The position numbers and the translations under genes were made by a program. 64,000 bases of DNA. Origin: the human T2T-CHM13v2.0 reference genome, Homo sapiens. The notes beneath the pieces are model-generated. The model was given only the letters and a program-made list of their open reading frames with translations, was not told the origin of the DNA and searched no databases. Position 1 is the stretch's first letter. Each line of letters starts with the position of its first letter. This document shows, one piece after another, positions 1 through 13,144 of the stretch. The DNA lies in assembly GCF_009914755.1 (NCBI RefSeq), contig NC_060931.1. The stretch is one strand, 5' to 3'.

Positions 1-85
1 AGCATTCTACATACCAATTAGATTCTGTTGGTTGCTTGTGTTGTTCAGTTCTTCTGCATCCTTTCTGACTTGTTGTCTAGTCATT

Positions 86-2252
86 TGTCTTAGTCTGTTT
101 GGGCTGCTATAACAAGAATATTATAGAATTATAAAATGCAAACATTTTTTCTCACAGTTGTGGCGGGTGAGAAGGCCAAGATCAAGATGTCAGCAGATTT
201 AGTGTCTGGTGAGGGCCCATTCCTCATAGATGGCTCCTTCTAGCTGTGTCTTCACATAGTGGAAGAGGCAAACAAGTTCCCTTGGGCCTCTTTTATAAGG
301 CCACTAATCCCAGTCATAAAGTCTCTGCCCTCATGACCCAATTACCTCCCAAAGGCCCTATCTTTCAATGCCATCGCATTGAGTATTAGGTTTCAACACA
401 TAAACTTTAAAGAGACACAAACATTCCAACCATGGCATTCCAACTCTGGCCCCCCCAAATTAATATCCTCCTCACATGCAAAATACATTCATTTCATTTC
501 AATTTCTCCAAAAGTCTTAACTTGTTCCAGCATCAACTACAAAGTCTAAAGTCCAGAGTCTCATCTATAAATATTATCCAAATCAGATAAGGGTGAGACT
601 CCAAGGTATATTTTATCCTGAGGCACATTGCTGTCCACCTGTGAACTGTGAAACAAACAAGTTATGTGCTTCCAAAATGCAATGATGGAACAGGCATAGG
701 ATAGACCTTCCCATTCTGAAGGGAAGAGATAGGAAAGAAAGGAATAACATGTCCTAAGTAAGTTCAAGACCCAACAGGGTAAACAGCACTTAATCTTAAG
801 GCTTGAGAATAATCCTGTTTGACTTGATGTCCACCTTCTGGACACACTGGGCCAGGCGTTGGACTGCCAAGACCTCAAGCAGCCTTGCCCACATGGCTTT
901 GCTGGACACAGCTTACATGGCAGCTCTTATGGGTTGCAGCCGCATGCCTGAGGCTCTCCCAGGCTAGAGTTGCAGCCGGCGGCTGCACCTGTCTAACATC
1001 ACTAGAGCCCCTGCTCCTATGGCTCCACTAGGCATTGCCCTAGCCGAGGCTCTCTGCAGTGGCTCTACCTCTGTGGCAGTTATCTGCCTGGGCCCCTAGA
1101 TTCTCTGGTCATCTTTTGAAATCTAGGTGGAGGCAGCTGCACATCCATAGCTCATGTACTCTGTGCACCTGTGGAAATGGTGTCATGCTGATGCCACCAA
1201 GGTTAGCTACCTATATGTCATCTGGGGGGTAGCCTGGTTTCTACTGACCCATACTAATCTCCTAATCAAATGGTCATTTGGTCACACCCTTGACGTTCAC
1301 TACTGAACATGCGATCTCATTTTGTATTAATGCCATACTGCCAGACTAAGAATGTTCCAAATCTTTAAGCTCTGCTTCTCTTTTCATTATAAATTTTGCC
1401 TTTAAATCATTTTCTCTTCTCACATTTTACTATAAGTAGTCAAGAGAAGCCACGCTACTCCTTCAACATCTTGCTTAGATATTTCCTCAGCTAAATATCC
1501 CAGCTTCATCACTCACATCACTCACAAGTTCTACCTTCCTCAAAACATTAGGGCATGGACACAATTCAGCCAAGTTCTTTGCCACTTGTTTCCTTCAGTT
1601 TCCAATACGTGTTCCTCATTTCCATCTGAAACCTCATCAGAATGGCCCTTACCGTCCATATTTCTACTAACATCATGCTCATGACCACTTAGGTATTATC
1701 TAAGAAGAGTGAGACTTTCTCTATGGCTCTCCTTTCCTTCTGTGCTCCCAGCTGAATCCTGTTTACCATTAACAGCAATGTAGGCTTTTTTTAGCATGTA
1801 CCTTAAAACCCCTCCAGCCTCTACACATTACCCAATTCCAAAGCCACTTCCACATTTTTAGATATTTATTATACAATATCCCTAGTCCTTGGTACAAATT
1901 TCTGTCTTAGTGCATTTGGGCTGCTATAATAAAAATATCATAAACTGGGTAGCTTATAAAAACAAACTTCAGTTCTGGAGGTTGGGGAGTCCAAGATTAA
2001 GGTGCTAGCATATTTGGTGTCTGGTGAGGGTCCATTCCTCACACATGGCACCTTCTAGCTGTGTCCTCACACTGTGGAGGAGGCAAACAAGCTCCCTTGG
2101 GCCTCTATAATAAGGGCACTAATCCCATTCATGATGCTCCACCCCTATGACTTAGTCACCTACCAAAGGCCTCACCTTTTAGTACCTTCACGTTAGGATT
2201 AGGTTTCAACATGTAGATTCCATGGAAGAACACAAATACTAAAACCATGGCA
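86..2252 (-). mobile_element. Full-structure ERVL-MaLR element (MLT1A-like): LTR 1903-2252, internal 438-1902, LTR 86-437
   Basis: Two ~350-bp direct repeats that both start TGTCTTAGT and end ACCATGGCA. The minus-strand internal region begins GAAATTTGTACC and ends in a purine-rich GGGGCCAGAGTTGGAA, typical of MaLR. Confidence 0.85.
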
Positions 2253-4750
2253 TAGTTCTACCAGTTAGTGAGTGGAGAATGTTAAATTCTCCAACTATAA
2301 TTGTGGATTTGTCTATTTCTGCTTTCGACTTTATCAGTTTTTACTTTACGTACAGTAAGTCCTCACTTAATGCTGTCCATAGGTTCTTGGAACTGTGGCT
2401 TAACACAAAATGGCATATAAGGCAACACTTTTTTTCTCATCAACATTAAAACGGAACTATGAAGAAAGAAACATCATTTCCAGCATCTGCTGTAGGCCAT
2501 TTCACTGAAAGTCAATTTCCAAGAGCCTATCAATTATTTTAAGTGAGGATTTTCTGTATTAAGGCTCTGTTGTTTGATGAGTACGCATTTGAGACCCTTA
2601 TGCATTTCTGGCGGATTGATCCTTTTATCATCGTATAATGTCACTCATTGGCTCTAGTAATTTCATTTTCTCTACAGTTGACTTTGTTAACTGTAGAGCA
2701 AATAAAACTGTAGAGCAAATAAACTGATTTTATTACATTAATATAATGATTCCTCCTTTTAAAAATGTTTATGTACTATGTTTTTATATCCTCTTATTTT
2801 CAATCTACCTATGTCACCGAATTTGAAGTTTCTTGTTAGCAGCATGTAATTGGGCCATTTTCTCCCCACTTTGCCAATCTCTGTCTTTTGATTGATATAG
2901 TTGCTCCATTTACATTTAAGGTAATTAGTACGTTAAGACTAAAGTCTACCATGTTATTGTTTTGTTTTGCTTCATCTTTGTTTTTCTGTTTCTATCTTCT
3001 TGTCTTCCTGTGGGCTAGGACCCATCTTTTAAGATTCCATCTTGATTTTTTAATTGCTATTGCATGTATCTTTGTGCATAGTTTTTGTAGTGGTTGCTCT
3101 GGTTATTACAAAAATATTCATAACATCACTATTTTTATCAACCTTTTACTACTTGTGTTGAAGTCTCACCTCCATATACGTTCTTTCATATTTCTCACTT
3201 TTTCCTTTCATTGTCTTGAGTATCAGACGGTGGTGTAATATCTTTTCCAATCATCAGATGTGATTGATGACTTGTGATGAGAAGGAGGGTTTGTTGTATG
3301 ACTCATGCTCTGCTCTTTTCATTCTTCTTTCTTCCCTCTGGATGCTCCAAGGTGCTTTCTCTTACCATTTCCTTTGTGTTTGAACTTCTTTTGTCAATCT
3401 TTAAATGTAGGCTTGCTAGCAACTAATTCTTTTCGTTTCCTTCATCTGACAATATCTTTATTTCCTCTTCATTTCTAAAGGAGAGTTTCACTGAATATAG
3501 AATGCATGGTTGATTTTTATTTTCTTTCTGTCCTTGGAAAATGTTGCATAGCTTCCTTCTGGCCTTTATGGTTTCATAGGAAAAATCCACTGTCATTCCA
3601 ATTGGTGTGCTCCTATTCCTATTCAGAATCCATCATTTCTCTGTGGCTGCCTACAGGTTGTCTTTAGTTTTCAGAAGTTTAATTACAATATTTCTTGGCA
3701 TGGATTTTGGTTGTGGTTGTTGATCCTGTTTGGAGTTCACTTGGCTTCTTGATGTATACATGTCTTTTTGCTATATTTGGGGAATTTTTATCCATTAATC
3801 TTCAAATATTCTATAGCCTCTCTCTTCTCCTTTGGGCACACCAGTGATACAAATGTTGGATCTTTTGTTAGTGTCCTACAGGTTCTTGTGGGTGTTCTTT
3901 TTCTTTTTTTTAGTTTATTTTCTCTGTGTTATTCAGATTGAGTGAATTACATTGTCGCCACAGTCACTGATTCTATCCTGCCATTTCCACTAGTCTACTA
4001 CTGAATCCATCTAGTAAGATTCCTTCACTTCTGTTATTATACCTTTTAGCCCTGTAATTTCCATTTGGTTCTTCTTCATCACTTCTATTTCTTTACTGTG
4101 GCTTTCTATTTTTTCATTTCTTCAACAGATTTGCCTCTTGAAGCATTTTTATGATGGCTGTTTTCAGATCCTTGCCAGATAACTCCAGCAGTTGGTTCAT
4201 CTTGACGTTGGCATTCATTGTCTTTCTCATTCATGCTGCACATTTCTTGGTACTTGGTATGAAAGGAATTTTCTATTGTATCCCATTTTACCTATTAGGG
4301 AATTCTGGGTCTTATTTAAATATTTAATTTTAGCAGGTAATTGCCCTGATTCTGCTTAGGGAGCAGGGCCTGGCCTGATTTGTGGCCTGTGGTCCCACTG
4401 ACAGTTTAATCGTCAGAGCCTTTCAGCGTTATGTTAGTCTGCTTGGTTTATCAGGTACCTCTGGGGTCCCTGCTGACGTTACCTGAGGGACAGAAGGGGT
4501 GTCTCTCAGTGGGAGAGGGAAGCTGCCAGCACACAGCTATGAAACCTTCCTGGCCTGGTGTGTGTTCTGGTGGGTCCCCTGCCTGTGGGAGATGGAGTGT
4601 GCTTCCCAGGTGGGGCTAAGGGGGATCCTGCTGTTTTCTCCAGCCCCCCAACCCTGGACTCTCTGAGATGGGACAGAGAGGCTCCCTCGGCCAGATCAAT
4701 CATTGCAGTGGAGTCCCTTTTGCTGTTTCCTCTTCCTGGTCATCTGGCTT
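2253..4750 (-). mobile_element. Old L1M fragment(s), continuous with positions 1-85 and interrupted by a MITE
   Basis: T-rich antisense L1-like sequence (ctccaactataattgtggatttgtctatttct; ccatttacatttaaggtaatta; tttcactgaatatagaat). The right boundary is approximate. Confidence 0.65.
2353..2556. mobile_element. TcMar-Tigger MITE (MER82-like, internally deleted)
   Basis: Terminal inverted repeats CAGTAAGTCCTCACTTAA / TTAAGTGAGGATTTTCTG, with TA target duplications at 2351-2352 and 2557-2558. Confidence 0.8.
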
Positions 4751-6257
4751 GGTGATAGGCTCTTGGTGACCTATTTGTTCTGTTGCCTCAGGCCAGGCTT
4801 CACACTGTGAACTGATTTTTCAGGAATTTAAGGGCGACTTGTGTTTTTCCCACTTATCTTGTTTGCCAGTTCAACAGCCCTTCTGTCCAAATGTGTCCAG
4901 ATCTCACCAATCCCTGCATCATAAAATGTCCCTTCCCAGTCCAGGCCCCAAGTCTACCTGGAAAACTCCAATTCATCCTCTGAGACCAGCCCAACTGCCC
5001 CTGGTCTGTGAAGTGTGATCCCCAAAGCCATCAGGCAGGCAACCTACCTCCCTGGGGACAGGATGAGACACAGAAGCCCAACTGAGCTACAGACCTACTG
5101 TCCTCCAGTGGGCAGATCCAAAGTGTTCATTACACAATAGATCAATGACCCCCCAAGTGGACGGACCAAGGTGCCCACCACATTAATAGAAGGACGACCC
5201 CAGTAGGTAAGGCCCAGGTACTCATTAGGTAACAGATTGCTGAGAGATGAATGGGGGACCCATAACATCCTCCTGCAGCAAGTGGCAGGGGCCTGTCCAG
5301 CTGAGGTCTCATGGCCACTGGGTCTCTCCAACAGTCCCCAGGGCTGGCTCTGGTCGGGGACCTAGGCACATGTGCACACTGTACGGAGCCCAGTAATTGT
5401 GACAAGTATGGTGTTCTTGGGAAGCACACTCCCTAAGCCGCAGTGAAATCAATGCCCTGTCCACCTTTCCACCTTGTGACATTGGTCAAAGGTCTGGGCA
5501 ATGACTGGCTTCAAAGACTCAATGGGAGCTTCCTGTTGGACAAGATTTAATCTGCCACCACCTGCCCTCTCTTCTGCTCCAAAGCAGTAGTACCGGGACC
5601 ATTTCAAGTTCACTCTCCCAACATAGCTGGGGTGAAATATCTCTGTGTCTCCTCAGAGTGGAAAGCTACAGTCTCTGGGGGCTGACCACGCAGGCAGAAA
5701 ACTGTGCACAGGGTGGCAGCTAACTGCCATCTTTATCTGTCCATAACCAAATGAGCCCAAAGCATTGCTTCTTTTCTGGTTTGGATCTGAGGGAGTGAGG
5801 TTAGATGGGGTCCTGTGTCCCATCACCTGACTCAGGAGGGAGGGGACAGGCCCAAGAGGGCAGAGTCCGTAGAAAAGGGCAAACTCCCTTAAGGTGGGGA
5901 GGGAGGAGCCTTGGCTGGGGGAACAGAAGAGGCAGGTGACACTGGCTGTCTCCAGCATCTGTTGATGTGTAAGTGAATCCACCAGTCTCAATATTCACTT
6001 TTAGTGCCCACTTCAATAGACACTGGGAGGTCCTTCAGGAGCTGGCCCACTTCAGGGGTGTGTTTCTGCAGCCAGTGTGTGTGTAGGGGTATTCATAGCA
6101 ACATCGAAAACATGTCAGGACCCATTATCAACACTGCATTGTGGTTAATCTTCAAAGATCTTTGAATATAACATTTCAAAGGTCTCTGGGCAGAAATCTT
6201 AATATATTCCTGACAGCAAAACATTTGTGATTTTATAACTGAATCCACTGATTTGTA

Positions 6258-6432
6258 AACACACAGACACACATTCATGAACGAGCACACACGCAGACGC
6301 ACAGACACATGTGGACAAAGATACATCTGTGCAAGCACATGCACACATTTGCAGAGACACATACACAAAAGTGCACACATGCACACGCATACACACATGT
6401 GCAAACACACACAAACATACTTCAGGGTACAC
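6258..6432. repeat. Degenerate (CA)n / (TG)n low-complexity tract
   Basis: Interrupted CA repeats seen directly. Confidence 0.9.
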
Positions 6433-6468
6433 AAATACCGTCTCACGGAGGCTTACCAAGTTCATAAT

Positions 6469-6474
6469 TTTATT
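6469..6474 (-). terminator. Polyadenylation signal AATAAA of TNS3
   Basis: Plus-strand tttatt, followed on the minus strand by a long GT-rich tract resembling a downstream element. Confidence 0.8.
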
Positions 6475-7597
6475 ATACTCTGAATAGAGATGATATTTAA
6501 GGAGCAGAGAAAATGACTATACAAAAGATTTATAGAACATTCATTTACATACTGGATATATTCTTTACAGTATCAGAAAAGTAAAAATATGCACTAACAA
6601 GGCAGAGAAGACGTTACAAGGTATTTGATGCTGAGAATAAATGCACAGTGACTTTTAACATGGCTATAGCTTAACACTGGAGGAATACAACAATACGTTC
6701 TTTTACTGAGTAGTTAGTAGGACCCTGGCTATAACATGCGTTGGGCACAGTTCGTGAACTCTCCGCATTTACTCCCCAGGGCAGTACGTGCCTGTCCAGC
6801 GGGAGCCCTGGAGACAAAATGCCTGGAAACGTTCCTTTTCCTGTGGCCCTAGAGCCGGTGTCCACGGTGGGGGCTCTCTCACGGTTTCTGAGCCCACAGT
6901 ACAATCTGTGATGACACACAGCTTGTTCTGTTTAATGCACATGTAACACAAAAGGAAGAAAGAAACTTCCTATACCAGCTCTTCAGAAATCGTGGAAACT
7001 TGCTTCCTTTGGTTCCTCAGAGGGAGCTATCTGCTTGGAGCAAATTCCCCGATGCCCTTGACCACGTTTACCTTGTGTAAAAATCACACCTGGCCAATGA
7101 GTTCAAAAAGCACGTTTGCAGGGCTTCCTGAATGCCGTCGAGGCATGGCTTCATGAGGGCCATCGCGGGCACCCCGATGTCTCTGTGATTCCCTGGCAGG
7201 CTGCGTTTCTCAATACTGAGACCCTAGTTTGCTCTGACTTCTAAATGAGCTCTCTCATCCTTCATCAGAAGGATAAGGAACCTGGCCTGCACTCTTTGGG
7301 TTAAACATGGGTAGAGACCGTCTCAGGATGAGGACCTCTTGGGGAAAGTACAAACCTCTGCTCCCTGTGGCCACATTCCTGCAGTGGATGAAAAACCGAG
7401 ATGCTAGAGGCCTCTGCTAAAGACATCAGGGTCAACACATGAGGATCTGCTGAAAATGCCAGCACCTCCTGACAGTCATGCCACCGCAAGTTAGAGAAGG
7501 AGGTCCACAACGACCAAGGCAAACATTTGGCACAGAAATGAGGCACTTGGTTTGGTGCATCAATAGGAGCTAAAAAGTGGAATGGTCCACCTGCTTT

Positions 7598-7646
7598 CAC
7601 ACACGCATACACGCACGCATGCACACACGCACACACACACAACACC
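7598..7646. repeat. Imperfect (CA)n microsatellite in the 3' UTR, read as (UG)n in the mRNA
   Basis: cacacacgcatacacgcacgcatgcacacacgcacacacacac. Confidence 0.9.
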
Positions 7647-8653
7647 CACTGTGATTTGGCTGCTTCCAACTCTGCCTGTTTCTAAGTTTTCCTCGGCCCC
7701 TCACTTTAAAGCAGAGTTCACAAAGCACATTCCCAAACCCCAGCTCCCTGACAGGAGCTTGTGACACCAGTGTGGCCTAAGAATGGGGGATTTGACTTTT
7801 GAAAGCAGAGGAGGGAATTTCGGGCTGGATCGCAATCAGGACAGTCAGCATGCCTGCAGAGCACCTAGGCTGTGAGAGGATGGGGCCAAGGCCTTATTCT
7901 GATGTGGCCCAGCTCCATCTTTCACTCTGGGGATGTTCCAGGGTCACAAATTCCCCCAAACCTTTGACCACGAACAGATTCAAGCAGGAAAACCAGGGCA
8001 TTGGAATGTTGAAATAAGCCTGAAATACACTTGATTCAGTGGCTTAGATGATGGCAAACAGTGGCACTCAAAAACAGCTTGTCAGTACCGGGGTTTCTTC
8101 TCTTTTTCCTCATCCTCCCTTCTGCTCACACATGCCACAACCACACATGGTCCCCAGCAGGAACCCCAAGGTGGCAAGGAGCAGCACAAAGAGGGCTGAT
8201 AAATGCAGGCGAACTTCAGGTCGTGCAGCTTCAGGCCTGAAGATGATCGAAAAGCCCATGTGGGGGATGCTGAGCTTAAATCCAGGAGTTTTCCATCCCT
8301 CCTGGACTCTCTCCATCAGAAAAGAAGTCATCCACAATCGGGGAAAAACATTCCAATGAGTAAAACATCAGGGTAGGTTGCTTGAGGCAAAGCCACCTTT
8401 GGGCGGCACCGCATATGGGAGACCCACAGTCCACTGCACACTCTTTCAGTGGCCAGGGGCCTGCGGTGCATCCTACATAGGGACAAGCCTCACAAAATCA
8501 CAGCTTGGCAGGCTGCAGCATTTGACACTGGTACAGTATAGCAATGGCAAATTATCATAAATAATTTGGCATAAGTAAAATATAAATTACATAGAAATAA
8601 TATTTTTGTTCCTTCTTCTCATTTCTCCTCTCGGTCCTCACAGGCTCTCCCCA

Positions 8654-8689
8654 GCCCAGCTCGCCCAGCTCGCCCAGCTCGCCCAGCTC
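8654..8689. repeat. Perfect 9-bp tandem repeat (GCCCAGCTC)x4 in the 3' UTR
   Basis: Four exact copies seen directly. Confidence 0.95.
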
Positions 8690-9374
8690 ACCACAGGTGA
8701 GCAGGAGGCACAGAGCACTCACCATGGTGGGGTGGCATGGGGTCTCCAACGTGGCCAATTCTTCCCACCACCCCCATCCTCACAGCCCATCGCAAAGGCC
8801 CCTCGTTGTAGGCCCTGCTGTGTTCCAGAAGGGCCTGACTTGCACAAACCTTCGTCAAACATACGCCCCCTTCTCAGTTTCGTTAGCATCTCCATCTTGG
8901 GAAGACCGAGGTGAGGGAAACCCCCGGCCTCGGGTGCAGCTGGACAGAAGCGCCCATGCGGACGGGCGAAGCATGGCAGTCACTCGGCACCTCTGCCTCA
9001 AGGGCTGGGGATTCCTCATCCCCCGGAATGCTAGTGTGCCAGGGACATGGGGACCACCTCGTGTTCTGTGCTGTTTCCTTGCATGTCCCTTTCCCATGGG
9101 GACCCTAGGGGGTGGGGTGCACCCATGCCCAGCTTCTTCTACCCAAAAAGCATGTGGCTACAGAGATGTGTCAGATAAGTCACTTTCAGGAAAGGCCAAT
9201 TCACGGTGATGTTGTTTGTTCTTGTTTTTGCAGAGCTGGAAGATCCTCTTTCCCCTCATGGGCCTGGAATGTCAGGTTTACTAGTTTGGTAAAAAGTGGG
9301 GGCCCCACCCTCACCCAACGGCTGTCTCCAGGGCTTCGAGAGGCATCGGTGGGTCCAGGGAGGGAGGGGAGTTC

Positions 9375-9519
9375 TCAGACCTTCTTTGGGGAACCAATCA
9401 TGACCTTTGATACGAAGTTGACAATGGCACTGGCAGGCTGCTCAGGGTCATGCTCTGCAAACAGGTGGCACACATTATCCGTGGCACTGCCCTGCTTCCG
9501 GGCCACAAATCCAAAGACT
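9375..9519 (-). CDS. TNS3: TNS3 terminal coding exon: [47 protein letters not shown]
   Basis: Acceptor TTCCTTTGGCAG|A; TGA stop at 9377-9375; tensin PTB C-terminus. Confidence 0.97.
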
Positions 9520-10703
9520 CTGCCAAAGGAAAGTCCAGTCAGAGTGGTCAGTGTCCCACAAAGTACCAAGCTTCTACTTCCTCCAGCTGCCAGCGGCACT
9601 GTCAGGAGGAATTTTAAGTGGCACCTATCAAAAATCAACCACGTGCCCAGCACCCTGCTGGCCACCTGTTCATGCACTTTACCTCCAGCCTTCACAGACC
9701 TACAGATGGGATGTCTGACTCTAGCTCTGCAGTGAGGACCCTGAGGCTGAGAGGTGAGTGCCCTGTCCACAGCCCCAGGTTAGGACCTGAATCAAAGCTG
9801 AGGCTCAACTTCCTCTATAGATGCTTCCCCACGCCAGGGCCAGAATCTCCTGGGCACCTGTCCCTGCAGATTCCTGAGCCCCAGTCCTGACATACTGGAC
9901 CACAGTCTGCAAGGCGAGTGGCAAGGGACTCAGGGGCTCCTGAGATGATGCCAGAATGCAAGTCCTGTCTGGACTTCGACACTCCCACCCACTGGGACCG
10001 AAGGGGAAATACACTAGGCGCTCCTCTCAGGCCTTGGAAGCCTGCATTACAAACTACATAGACTTCAGGGAGCTGTTTAAAAAGAACAGCCCATCGAATT
10101 ATTTTTCTTAGAAGAATTAGAGCCATTATCTTAATAGGCTTTTATGAGTCCTGCACTTCACACAATAATGACCATATCCCTATCCAGGTCCTGGGCAAAG
10201 GACTTTCTTCTCTTTCTTAGAAAAATGAAGGATTTTTTTTGTTTAAATTTAGCAGTTTCCGCATCATGAAGGGACCAGTCAATGACACTCAGGTAACCCC
10301 AATACAGTCACAAATTCCAAGCACATGAAAGCCCGTGTTTCTGCTACCAGCCAGAGTGGGAGTGTGCCCAGAACACAGTCCCCACCGGGGAAGCCCAGCT
10401 CGTCAGTACCAGGGTCTCTTCTCCTTCTCCCCGCTTCTGCTAACGCATGCACTGAGCAACTTCCTGGACAGACAAGCCATTTGAAAACAGGATTCCAGGG
10501 AAGGATGCCTGTGATCAGGCACTGTGGTCATTAAATCCGGGTTATGCCGAGGAAACCAGGCTGGGGGGATACAGCCCATTGTGCCTCCAAGTGGGAGGTT
10601 AGGATGAGGTCCCTCAGCTGGCCCTGACAGGAACACTGGGCCAGGAATGAGCCCAGGCCAAGCAAGGCCACGGTACTCAGGGAGCCAGGGAAAGGTGTGC
10701 TTA

Positions 10704-11018
<315 letters not shown>

Positions 11019-11462
11019 CTAACAGCTGCCTGGACTGGCTGTGGAGCAACGGTGTGATGAAGGCCCTCCTCCGTTGCATTTGGTAAATTTGGAACACCCG
11101 CTTCATCCACACACCTGCACAAAGGGAGCAATTCCTTCTAGCTGTGCAGACCTCAGCACTGCTGAGCCCATGCATTCCCAAATGGCCAAAAAGGCTGTGC
11201 CATCCATCTCCCTGTATCTATGCCACAGTGTTATATGACACATGTAAATATTGCACATCCAGCCAACAGCCGGCAGAAAAGTTAACAGCATCCAGATCCT
11301 TGTCCATAATGAGAACACTTTTACTTTTTTCTTTTTTAAAAGAAATTGGCATGGTGTAGTCATTTTCTTATAAGGCACCCCCTGTGCAAATCTGGAAGAG
11401 AATTCAACTTTGGAGTACAACTGCAGACAAGGAGAGAATGTAAAGAAATCTCAGCAACTTAC

Positions 11463-11489
11463 TTTGAGGAAGGGCCATCTTTGATCCAC
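11463..11489 (-). CDS. TNS3: TNS3 coding microexon, 27 nt, phase 2-2: (K)WIKDGPSS(K)
   Basis: Acceptor TTTGCAAG|G and donor AAA|GTAAGT; bridges the flanking exons in frame. Confidence 0.9.
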
Positions 11490-11584
11490 CTTGCAAATTA
11501 AAGAGAAAAACAGAGGTTAATTTTTTTAAACTAAAGGATAGAATTAAGTACACTCCTTGCTCAATAAAAATGCAAATTTCTTAC

Positions 11585-11653
11585 TTCCTGTCTTGTGGGT
11601 CCAAGGCACAGAAAATCACACTGTTCACGGGGTAATGCCTCCGGAAGAAGAGC
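11585..11653 (-). CDS. TNS3: TNS3 coding exon, 69 nt, phase 2-2: [25 protein letters not shown]
   Basis: Acceptor CCAACAG|G and donor GAA|GTAAGA; tensin LFFRRHYP motif. Confidence 0.96.
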
Positions 11654-11931
11654 CTGTTGGGACATGGGGGAGAGAGGATGGCTCCTGTTACTAGGGCTTT
11701 TGGGTGATGGGGGATGCACTGGGCGGGCTCTCCCATACATGAAGATTCTTCCAGCAGAAAACATTTCATACTTTTACTCATCACTTGGAGAGAAGAAAGT
11801 GCGTGCTCATTCAAAGTCAACAGATGTCATGAAGCTGGGCAGAACAGTTGTTACCAGTAGACGGAAGCACCACACAGGCTGAAACTGTCAGCCGTGTGGA
11901 AGGCGGGAATCGGGTCAAGAAGCCCTAACAA

Positions 11932-12426
<495 letters not shown>

Positions 12427-13144
12427 TCACAGGTCTGAGAGCACTGAGTGAACAATAAAGTGCTGTGCAAGGAATATTCCTTAAGGAAGGACTCCACATG
12501 GTCACTGATACGACCCCCATAGAGACCTCCTTCCAGGCTCACCTGACAGCCCTTAGTCACTGACATGACCACCTGGGGCATTCTCCTCCGGCTCACCTGC
12601 CCAGCCCTTCCTTCCAAGAGTGCTATCCACCCAGTCCACATGGTCCCCAGAGGATGCCCAACTCAACACTCTGCTGTGTCCAGGCTGGGCCAGTCTAGCT
12701 GGCTTTGGGGTCACCCCTCTCCTTCTGGGAATGACTCTGCACCGGCACAGAGTAAAGCTCATCTGGAGATGAAGAGAGAGGCCAGGAGATAGGCTAGGGC
12801 AGAGGCAGAGCCTGGGTGTGCTTCAATTCAAGGTGACCCTGCAGCCACCTGCAGCCCCTCTCAAACAGGTGCCTTTTAAGGCTGATTGTTGGTGAGAAGA
12901 TCCCCCTTTTGTCTAGAATTAGCCAGTCTGAACTCAAACGCTATCTCTTACAGTATGAAAGATCTGAACTGATGTGGACATGACCCATCTCCAGGGAATA
13001 TAAAGAATACAGGGAAACTAAAGAGACACAGAAAAAAGACAACTCTGACAAGGGCACATAGAACAGATCCTGTGAAGAAATAACATATCTTCCAAGGGCA
13101 GCAGGGAGGAGGGAACAGTCAACATTGTGAGGGTCCTTAAGGAG

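Larger units (their letters stand above)
6450..9374 (-). other. TNS3: TNS3 3' UTR (~2.9 kb)
   Basis: Transposon-free unique sequence between the stop codon and the AATAAA at 6469-6474; cleavage site is approximate. Confidence 0.8.

Noticed and set aside
2689-2726. Short tandem duplications (also at ~20658, ~31231, ~56076)
   Set aside because: Ordinary slippage duplications with no supportable function.
6093-6483. Cys/Val-rich and His/Thr-rich ORFs
   Set aside because: Translations of the CA/TG repeat.
9520-9770. N-terminal part of ORF 9375..9770
   Set aside because: Intronic; tensin similarity starts at the acceptor at 9519.
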